The position numbers and the translations under genes are program-made. This document shows positions 9,828-19,100 of a stretch of DNA of 64,000 nucleotides, piece by piece. Each line of letters opens with the position of its first letter. The stretch's first letter is position 1. The stretch comes from a virus. The notes beneath the pieces are model-generated. The model saw nothing but the letters and a program-made list of their open reading frames with translations. It did no database searches and had not been told where the DNA came from. The stretch is from IMG/VR virus record IMGVR_UViG_3300018080_000004. One strand, given 5' to 3'.

Positions 9828-11863
9828 CCCGACGACTTGCGGCCCGGCGCGAGACGCTTACCGAGAAGGTGCACATACCTCCCGGTTCTCTGGGGATTCC
9901 CCGCGCCGACATGCCGCAGGTGAAGAGCACGGACGTTCCGGAGTTCCTCCAGTGGCTCGGAGGGCGCGGGGTCTCGACCCGGCGCACCCAGGTCCAGGTG
10001 GACAAGATCAAGCCGACCCAGCGCGAGATCGACATCGACAAGGTGGCGGCCATGGTGGCGGCGGCGCCGGAGGCGGCCCTTGCCAAGCCGGTCATCATCT
10101 CCAAGGACTTCTACCTCCTCGACGGCCACCACCGATGGCTCGCCCTCGTGAACCGGGACAGGGAGTTCCGGATCAAGACGGTCCAGGTGGACGTTCCGAT
10201 CCGGACACTCTTGGACCTCACTGGGAGATTCCCGAAGACGACCCACAAGCGCATGGGGGAGGCTCGGCGCAAGCGGAAGGTTACGCCAGGGATCAAGCAG
10301 TCCGGCCTCCCGAAGAATTTTCGCTCGAAAATCACCTCGATCAATAAGGCAATAAAAGTTACTACCGAGCTTCAAGGGCTCTGGGACGGGTCGGAGTGGG
10401 ATGCGGTTGCGAATAGGGCCGGAGTGAGCCAGTATAGCAGTGCTCCGGAGGACAAGAAAAAGGTCTCGGACACGTGGTTCGACACGCTCTATCGGGTCAT
10501 TGAGAAGTTCGACGAGTGGACGAAGACGCTGGAAGACCTTCGTCCCATCTTTGGCCCGGAGAATGTGACCTTCTTCAATATCACGCCGGAGGTCCGCTAC
10601 TCGGATGCCGCCACCGAGGTGGAAAAGGAAATCTATGGGTTGCAGCGTCGATGGAAAAATGCTTTCGATACATTCCCCACCGACATCCGGATTCCAGCGA
10701 CGACTCAGCGGGCCAAGCAAGAGGGACACGGCATCTACTGGATGCGCGACCGCGTGAAGGAGGTCAAGAAGGATCTCGACGATTCTCGCGCCGGAAAACC
10801 CGTGGACATTGGAAGCTCATTCGGCAGCCCTGATTCTCCGTTCGCCGTCGCCATGCACGCCCACAACCGGCTGGGGAATATCTTCGGTTACAATGAGCTC
10901 CAACCGGCGAAGGACGGCCTCCGCGATTTCAAGGATATAGTGCTTCGTATTCTTGAGCTCGCGCCGAAGATGGAGGCCAAGGACTGGAAGGAAGTCCGCG
11001 TCGGGAAGATGGGTCCCTTCGAGATCATCTACCGATTCCAGGGAGGCACGCGCTTCACGTCCGACGAGTCGGACAAGATCAAGGCTTCCGTCGGCGAGGC
11101 GATCCGGGTGCTGCGCCGGTTCAAGATCAAGGATCAGTACGTCTCCGGCATGCTGGTCTTCACACGGCCGAACGACCCACGCCTCGACGACGCGGGCGGC
11201 CGCTACTTCTATTCGTCGGACGAGCTCTACGTGGGGTGGTTCGGATACGGGTCCTCCTCGGCCCAGATCGCTACCGCCACCCAGACCGTCATCCATGAGC
11301 TCGGGCACCGTGTCTGGGGGCGCCTCCCTGGGGGAGCGAAAAAGCAGTGGCGGGCGTTCTTCGATTTTCTCACGGAGCCCCTCCCGGCCGCTGTCAAGAA
11401 GGACCTTCCATGGCTCCGGGACCTCTACCAGGATGCGGCAAGCCACGGCGAGTACAAGCCGAAGCGCAAGTCCTACGACCCGCCCTTCCGGACGTTCAAG
11501 TGGCTCGAGGAGAAACACCCCCTCGCGGGTGCGGTGATCCGCCTGGAGCAGTGGCGGACGGATGAGGACTTCCTCCGCGTGGTGGACAAGATCGAGAAGG
11601 GTGGTATCGCCCGGAAGTTCGTGACGGCCTACGGGAACACCACGGCCACCGAGGCGTTCCCGGAGGTCTTTGTGGGGATGCTCTATCCGAGCACGGCCAG
11701 CAAGGAATACACTCGGCCGGAGCCGCTCGTGGCAGAATACTTCAAGTACATCCTGGGGAGCATGCGCGAAGATGAAGAAGACAACGAAAAGCAAAGGATC
11801 GTCGAAGAAGCCGAGCGGCGCGTCCGCGCCCGGCGGCAACGGCGCCCCAAGCATCCACGATAA
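9815..11863 (+). CDS. Two-module protein: ParB/Srx-like N-terminal domain plus zincin (HExxH) metallopeptidase
   Basis: Start moved to ATG 9815 (GGAGAG SD). IPRADMPQ...KPTQ...VIISKDFYLLDGHHRW is ParB-like. After MGE|A come AGGRY, VIHELGHRVW (11294-11308) and YGNTTATEAFPEVF, a lethal-factor/MPTase-like pattern. Confidence 0.8.
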   Translation: MESVARRLAARRETLTEKVHIPPGSLGIPRADMPQVKSTDVPEFLQWLGGRGVSTRRTQVQVDKIKPTQREIDIDKVAAMVAAAPEAALAKPVIISKDFYLLDGHHRWLALVNRDREFRIKTVQVDVPIRTLLDLTGRFPKTTHKRMGEARRKRKVTPGIKQSGLPKNFRSKITSINKAIKVTTELQGLWDGSEWDAVANRAGVSQYSSAPEDKKKVSDTWFDTLYRVIEKFDEWTKTLEDLRPIFGPENVTFFNITPEVRYSDAATEVEKEIYGLQRRWKNAFDTFPTDIRIPATTQRAKQEGHGIYWMRDRVKEVKKDLDDSRAGKPVDIGSSFGSPDSPFAVAMHAHNRLGNIFGYNELQPAKDGLRDFKDIVLRILELAPKMEAKDWKEVRVGKMGPFEIIYRFQGGTRFTSDESDKIKASVGEAIRVLRRFKIKDQYVSGMLVFTRPNDPRLDDAGGRYFYSSDELYVGWFGYGSSSAQIATATQTVIHELGHRVWGRLPGGAKKQWRAFFDFLTEPLPAAVKKDLPWLRDLYQDAASHGEYKPKRKSYDPPFRTFKWLEEKHPLAGAVIRLEQWRTDEDFLRVVDKIEKGGIARKFVTAYGNTTATEAFPEVFVGMLYPSTASKEYTRPEPLVAEYFKYILGSMREDEEDNEKQRIVEEAERRVRARRQRRPKHPR

Positions 11864-12602
11864 GTCTCGGCTCGTTCCGATCCGGTCGCTCAAGCCGAAC
11901 TCGTGGAACCCGAACATCGTGCCGAACGACGTGCTCGTGTCCATCGTGGCGGGCATCCATCGGCACGGGTTCGTGGGCTCCATTCTCGTGTGGAAGGGGC
12001 GCGACATCATCATCGACGGCGAGCACCGCTGGATCGCCGCCAAGAAAGCCGGGCTCGCCCAGATTCCCGTCATCGAGCTTGACGTGGACGAGGCTACGGC
12101 CCGCGAGCTGACCATCGCGTTCAATCAGAAGCGCGGCTACTTCGATCCCGACAAGCTGACCGACGTGGTGCAGTTCATCGCCGAGACGACGAACGCGGCC
12201 CGGAAGGAGCTCCAGGTCATGCTCGGCTTCTCGGCGAAGGAGATCGACGAGATGCTCCACGACGCGGCCTCCGAGGCCGAGAAGGAGATGGCCGGGAAGA
12301 TCAAGGGTGAGGTGCCCAAGGCCGGGGGTGGCGTGAAGGTCAACACCGCTCCGCTCCCTCCCCCTCCGGACGACGACGACCTGGAAGCGGTCGCCGACGA
12401 CACGACCGCCCCGGCGTACGGCGCGGAGACGGTCGCCGAGGCGAGCCCGACCGGGAAATTCCCCTTCACTTTTTACGCGCCGACGATAAAAGACTACGAG
12501 CGCATGCGCGAAATCTTTTACGAGGACGGCAAATTCTCATTCACGAAGCTGAACGAGATCGTGGAGGCTGCTATCGAGACAACCCAGCCCGCCGCAGAAT
12601 AG
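11772..12602 (+). CDS. ParB N-terminal-domain protein
   Basis: LKPNSWNPN...GFVGSILV...IIIDGEHRWIAAKKAG. The start at ATG 11772 is inferred. Confidence 0.8.
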   Translation: MKKTTKSKGSSKKPSGASAPGGNGAPSIHDKSRLVPIRSLKPNSWNPNIVPNDVLVSIVAGIHRHGFVGSILVWKGRDIIIDGEHRWIAAKKAGLAQIPVIELDVDEATARELTIAFNQKRGYFDPDKLTDVVQFIAETTNAARKELQVMLGFSAKEIDEMLHDAASEAEKEMAGKIKGEVPKAGGGVKVNTAPLPPPPDDDDLEAVADDTTAPAYGAETVAEASPTGKFPFTFYAPTIKDYERMREIFYEDGKFSFTKLNEIVEAAIETTQPAAE

Positions 12603-12624
12603 CGGCATTATCGGAGAACACGAG

Positions 12625-12999
12625 ATGACGAAGGGACGGCATATTCTCGTGGACCTCATCCAGGTCCCAAAGGACGCCCTCGCCGACGCCGACAGCGTGG
12701 TCGAGCTCATGAAGCGGGCGGCCAGACAAGCCGGAGCAACGGTCCAGGGCTCCCTCTGGACGCGCCTCGATCCGCCAGGGTTCGCGGCCGTCGTCCTCCT
12801 GAACGAGAGCCACATATCGCTTCACGTGTACTCCGAAGAGCAGACGGCCGCCCTGGACGCTTTTTGCTGCGGAAAGGCCGATCCGAGGGTGGCCGTGGAG
12901 ATCATCTGCTCCGAGCTGGGAGGGATCATCACCAACGCGGAAGATAGGCCCCGGTTCCTGGAGCGCCCCCCAGGAGAAGATCAAGAAAAATCTTCTTGA
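12625..12999 (+). CDS. speD: S-adenosylmethionine decarboxylase proenzyme (short prokaryotic pyruvoyl type)
   Basis: G(R)HILVDL N-terminus, GAT, VVLLNE|SHISLHVY self-cleavage site, LDAFCCG with the catalytic Cys. Confidence 0.9.
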   Translation: MTKGRHILVDLIQVPKDALADADSVVELMKRAARQAGATVQGSLWTRLDPPGFAAVVLLNESHISLHVYSEEQTAALDAFCCGKADPRVAVEIICSELGGIITNAEDRPRFLERPPGEDQEKSS

Positions 13000-13026
13000 C
13001 TCCCTTGGTGTTCGGCGCTCTACTGT
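12996..13026 (+). promoter_or_regulatory. Possible sigma70-like promoter upstream of the 2481-aa gene
   Basis: TTGACT (12996) and TACTGT (13021) in an AT-richer gap. The 19-bp spacer is non-optimal. Confidence 0.4.
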
Positions 13027-13053
13027 ACTGAGACCGGGATACAAAAATCGCTC

Positions 13054-13094
13054 GACTGTCGCTACCAACAGTCTGACTGTCGGTAGCAACAGTC
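13054..13094. repeat. Two oppositely oriented copies of an 18-bp palindromic element
   Basis: gACTGTCG-CTAC-CAACAGTc (13054-13073) and gACTGTCG-GTAG-CAACAGTc (13075-13094). Perfect copies occur at 40284 and 55924. Confidence 0.9.
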
Positions 13095-13122
13095 GCGCCT
13101 CTGCACGTGTAGGAGGGCTCCC

Positions 13123-16100
13123 GTGCCTGGAAAAGCCGCTCTTGCCTTTAGGATTTACTGCTCGCTATCTGCTTCACCGAAGCCTGTCAGCGAGTTCTCC
13201 CTCCTCGACGACAAGTCCCTACTGACCGCCCTCGCGGAATCCGGCGCCCACCTGGAGGAAGACCTTTTCTCCGCCCTGGGCGAGCGGGCCCGGCGCTGGG
13301 TCCGGGACGCCGTTCTCCACTTCGAGCCCTTCGACCTTCGGGAGGTGGACACGACCGGGAAGGTGGACTTCGACGAGTTCTGGTCCTTCCCGACCGAGGA
13401 CAAGGCGCGGTCCTTCGCGGCCGGTCTCCCCGGCAACGTGGAGAAGGAAGTCCGGGACAATATCGTCGGCTTCCGGGGGACCCTGGAGGAGCCCATCGAG
13501 CAGAAGGCCATCGCGGCCGGGGGCCAGCCGTCGAGCTACCTGGAGTTCCACAGCGCCATAAACATCCAGGCCACCGAGGCGGACCTGAACCTACCGGCCC
13601 GGCTATGCGCCCGGTACAACGCGCACGACGTTCGCACCCTTCCCGCTGCCATCCCTTCCGAGCATCTCCGACCCCAGCGCGAGAACTTCGCCAAGTTCAT
13701 CTCCCTCCTCGAAACCGTCGAGCCCTACGATCCGGCCGATGCCGTCGTCGAGAAGTTCGTCAAGGTCCCGTGGGAGTCCGAGCTGCTCGACCATCTCCTC
13801 GCCGACATCCCCAGCACGGGGATCAATCCGAGCGAGCTGCAAGAGCGCCTGCACTCCATCGTGAACTACCTGCCCCGTACCCTGCTCGCGCTCCCTCCGA
13901 GCGCCTACACGAGCCGCCTCGGCGAGAACGTGGCGCTCGCCCTCTTGGAGTTCATCCACTGGGCGTTCCCCGGCGTCGCCGAGATGGACCCGGACCCGGC
14001 AGGCACCGAGGTGGACGGGGGCGATCCCTCGAACCCGTCGAACCGGGCCGCAGAGCCCGGCGCCTCCGTCCCCAGCCGCGAGGAGCAGGACGACGAGGAC
14101 GGGGACGAAGAGGACGACGAAGAGGAACCGGAGCAGGAGGAGCAGGACGAGGAGCCCGACGACGAGGAGGACGACGAGGAGGAGATGGGGGAGCGTCGCC
14201 TTCGGGAGAAGGTGCAGATCGAGCCGAACTACGCCCTCGTCTACTTCGATCACGGCGATCAGGTGAAGCTCATGCAGGCGGCGCAGGCCGACGGCTACGT
14301 CAAGCGCGGGATCGGCGACATCGACGGCTTGCTGGACTGGCTCCACGGGGTCCACAGGATCAATTACGTGGGAAGCATGTCCCCGAAGGGCCTCGGCGGT
14401 CTCGCGCTCTACCTGCCGGGAGACCAGCTCCGGACCTTCCGGAAGCTCCTGGGCGAGATCGGGATTCAGGAGTCGAGCACGGAGATCATCCGCAAGGACT
14501 CCATCACGGAGTGGGAGCCGTTCGTACCCTCCGGTCCGAGCCCGAAAGAGCGTGCCATCGAGTTCGGGATTCAGAACCCCGACTCCTCGAACATGGGCTT
14601 CCACCCGGAGCACGCCAAGAACCCCTTCCATAACATCCTCACCGGCGCGGGGCTGGACTACAGCCACTCTGTCGTCGTGGGCCACGGCCGCGAGGACTAC
14701 CGCCTCCACCACGCCTACCGCTTGAACAGGGACTTCGCCATCGGTGTCTATCCCTCGAAGTCCGGAGCGTGGCTCTGGGAGGTGAGCTCCTCGTCGCGTG
14801 GTCGCGGCGCGGGCAAGACGCCACAGGACCTCGCCAAGTACCTGAAAAACGCGCTCAAGAAGTTCGGCGAGGGCGCGGTCCGGGAGGACCTTTACAAGGA
14901 GTTCCCCGGAACGTACGGCGCCTCGGAAGAGAAAGCCATGACGTGGGCGCGGGAGATGGCCCGGAAGTACCGGAAGCCGTTCTACGTCTACACCCTCGGC
15001 AGGAGCTACTTCGCCGACGAGAGCCCTTCCGGACAGGCGGTCCTCCAGGTCAAGGTGAACCCCAGCGGCACCGCAAGCGACTACTACGAGTCCGTCGAGT
15101 CGCTCAAGATGGCGCCGAGGACGGGGAGGGCACAGGAGCGCCTCTCCCGTATCCGGGACATGGTTCTCAAGGAGTACACGCCCAGGGAGGGCGAGCACAC
15201 GCCGAAGCAGCGGAAGCACGGCGGCTCGAACTACGTCTACCCGCCGACCGACAAGGACCCCTACGGCCGCTACCCCATGAGCAATGCCAAGCAGGCCCGT
15301 AACGCCCTGGCGCGTGCGGGGGCCTGCGACAAGCAATCGCCCTGGATGAAGGCCAGAGGTGTCTCGTGCGCCGAGCTGAAAAAGCGGGTGAACAACGCGG
15401 TCAAGAAGGAATACCCTTCCATCGAGGTGGGTGAGGGCGTTGTGTTCGAGAGACAGGACACGGAGCGCGTGGTCCAGCAACTCTTTCAGAAGTACAACGC
15501 CAAGGACTACTTCGGCCTTCAAGGAGCGGACCAGCGCTCCATCGACAAGCAGCTTGCCTTCCTGAACGCTGTCGGAAGCGAGATAGCGTCCGGGAGTATC
15601 AGCGATAAGACCCGTCGGATGCTTATCGACAGGAACAATAAGCTCATGCGCGAGCTGTTCTACCTCATCACAAGGGTAGACATCCGCAGGGTCAACCGCA
15701 ATGCAGCCGAGACGGCCATCTCCTCCTGGGAAGCCACGGGGGAGTCCGTTGTCTGGGAAGCCTACCCCGAAGGCGACACGCCGATCTCCCTCGTGTTCCC
15801 CGGCGGCAACGCCGACACGGCCCGCGAGTGGGCGGACGAGTGGAAGGGCCTGGGCTACATCAAGTCCTACACCATCGGCGCCGAGGGCGACGGAGTTCGG
15901 CTCGACATCGTGTCGAACAACCCGGCCCAGGTCCGGATCGCCGCCCTCATGCTGGGGGACTACATCGAGCCCACCGACCCGGCCTACGGCACGCCGTCCG
16001 AGGGCGTGGTCGAAGACCGCAGCTCCGCCTGGAACGCCCTCCGGAGTTTCGCAAGTGAGACGCGCCGGATGGACGGCGAGCAGTACGCGGATTTCGTCTA

Positions 16101-19100
16101 CGATCTCGGAAACTACTACATCGACGGGAAGGGACCCAGGCCCGACAGAAACGTGCGGGCCAAGACGACGTACGATTTCGATGCGGGGTGGGCCGAGGAG
16201 GTCGAGAAGGAAGCCATCAAGGTTCTCCGGAAGAACGGCATCGCCGTCCGCGAGGGTCTCGGCGAGGCGAAGGAGTACGCTCTGTGGGCCAAGCCTACGG
16301 GCGAAGACGGACCACTGAGCCAGAAGCTCCTCCTCGGCGGCCCGAACGTCACCAAGCAGGACGTGAAGAAGGTGATGACCCTCGCCGCGAAAGAGGGGTG
16401 GCACGACTTCCGCATCCAGGTGATCGACCTCTCGAAGCCGTTCAACGCCAGTCAGGCGTTCGTGAACGCCATCGACATGCGGGCCGTGGACCGGATCATG
16501 CGCGGTGAGGGTGTGGGAGTGTCCACCCAGGACATCCTCCAGTCCATCGCCGACGGCGTGGCCGAGCATCTGGGGCGCCCCGTCGCGGTCGAGGTGGACG
16601 CCATCGGCGGCGGCCTCTGCCGGGGCTACGTCGAGCCCACGTCCGCCCTGGAGGTCTTCGCCGAGGCGCTGACCCACCTGGGCGAGGCCGAGACGTATCG
16701 GACCACGAAAGTCGTGGCGCTCTACGGTAAGGGGCGTGACCAGATCAACCTCGAAGTGGGCACCGTGCTCAAGGACATGGGCGGCGGTAAGTACAAGGTC
16801 GTTTCGGACACCTTCGGGAAGGGCCAGATCGGGACACTCTCCGACGAGGGGAAGAAGGGCCTCGCCTCCGAATCTGTCGAGGTCGTCATCGACCGGAACG
16901 AGTCCATCTTCCGGGCCATCGGCCTACCCCTCGCCTTTGGCGCGGACGTGCAGGGAGGCAAGGCGGTCGAGGCGCTCAGCGCCGAGGCCCTGGGCGAGGA
17001 CAGCCTCTTCGCCCCCACCAAGGTGAAGCCCAAGGGCGAGGAGGACAACCCGTCCAACCGGGCCGCCAAGGCCGGAAAGGCCGTCCTGAGCAAGGGCGGA
17101 TCGAAGAAGGCCGCCAAGGACCCCAAGACCGTGAACCGGGACGACTCCGGCGACAAGGCCGGGGGCAAGACCCCGAAGACCGTCCCCACGGACGCCAGCG
17201 GCGGACCGGGGACCTCCGGCGAGGCCGACCCGGCCGCCGGATATTCCAAGGCCACCGTGGGCGTGAAGGGCAGCCTCTTCACGGTCATGGGCAAGAAGAA
17301 GGGCATCCCCGGTCCCAAGGCCCAGGGCGGCGAGGCCAGCGGCGCGGTGGTGACGCCGGGCGTGGACATCAAGTCCTTCGAGGCCCTGTGCCCCCACTGC
17401 TCGAACAGCGTCAAGGAGAACGTCCTCCGGCGCTACGCCCCGCGCCTCGTGGAGCAGGACCCCGTGTCCGGCGGCGGGCAGGCGGCCACCTCCCCGGCGA
17501 ACGACAAGCCGGGCAGCGTCGAGGCCCCGCCCGGCGCGGCCTCCACCCCTCCGAAGAGCGAACCGGCCAAGGAGCCGGAGAAGCCCACGGAGATGGAGCC
17601 CACGAAGAAGGAGCCCGACCAGGAGAAGGGCGGCCCGACCCAGGGCCTCGTGTGCCCCTTCTGCGGGAAGGAAATCCCCAGGGACGTGCTCAAGGGCATG
17701 ATGGGCGAACTCCTCGCCCAGCTCGCGGCCCAGCTCCAGCAAGGCTCGACGAAGCCGCCGGAGACAAGCGGCCAGCCGGAGGGCGAACCCGAAGAGGAAG
17801 AGCCGGAAGAGGAAACCCCGGCCGCCCCGGCGGAGCCCCCGAAGGAAGCCCCTGAGACTCCGGCGGGCGAGACGCCCCCGGCGGCACCCCAAGCCGAGAA
17901 ACCGAAGGAGTCGTGGCTCAGGGAGAAGGCTCCCAAGCTGCTCGGAGCGCGTCTGACCGCCGACGACTGGCGCAAGCTCGCTCCCGAACTGGGGAACGCC
18001 ACGGCAGACCGCCGCAAGCGTTTCCTCAACAGCTTCGTGAGTGGAGACGCCGCTTTGGACGTTTACACGTCTGGAGGGGGATCGTCGTCGATCAGCCTCG
18101 GAGGGAAAAGCAACGCCAAGGCGCTGAACAAGCTCTTCCAGGACAGGGGCCTCGACGTGCGCGTGGAGTCCGTCCAGGAGGCCGGGCGCACCGACTTCGT
18201 GAGCGAGTTCGCGGGCTTCCAGATCACCTACTACAACGCGAACGAGGGCTTCGACGCCTACGACGACCAGGAACTCCAGAACGCCATCGAAGCAAGGTTC
18301 CCTGGAAGCTTCAAGGGGATGGTGGTGGACACGGGCAGGTACTTCCTCGTGAAGGTTCCGGTGAATCAGGCGGCCAAGTTCCGCCAGATGATCTCCCAGC
18401 AACTCCTCAAGGTTCAGACGCCCGCCTATTTGTCCGCGTCGGCACGTTCCCAGGTCTACCACCAGGGGGTCCTCCGCCTGACCGAGGCGGGGCTCTTCGA
18501 GGTCCTCGAACAGCGGACCGCCCCCGTCGGCACCGGCGAGCCCGGCGGCCAGATCGTGTTCTCCACCGACGTGAACGCGGCCGGGCGCCAGGGCATCCTC
18601 GGCAAGCTCGTGAATTGGTTCAAGACCAGGATCAATCGGGTGATGTCCACCTCGAAGGTGGGCGAGGTCCTGGGCAAGGCGGGGAAGGAGTTCGGCTACT
18701 CCATCGGGCGTACGTTCCGTGGACGCTACGTGGACGCCGAGGGCAAGACCTACGACGAGAAGAGCTTGAGCGTCGAGATTCTCGGCGTGCCCAAGCAGTT
18801 TCTCCTCAAGGTCGGCGAGGCCCTCGCCAAGGCGTTCGAGCAGGAGGCCGTTCTCGTGCGCTCTTACGTGGACCAGAAGCCCCTCTTCGTCTACGCCGAG
18901 AGCCTCGGAGAAGCGAGGGACATCACGGTCGAGATGAATCGCTACGGCCACCTCGAAATCTCCGACGGCCGCAAGTCTCTCTACGTCCAGCGCGACTACG
19001 ACGTGGACAGCGTGCTCGACAGCCTCACGAAAGAGGAACAAGAAGAAGTGCGGCAGGGCTGGGAAGTTACGATCAAGTCGCGGGAGCCTCGATACTCGAT

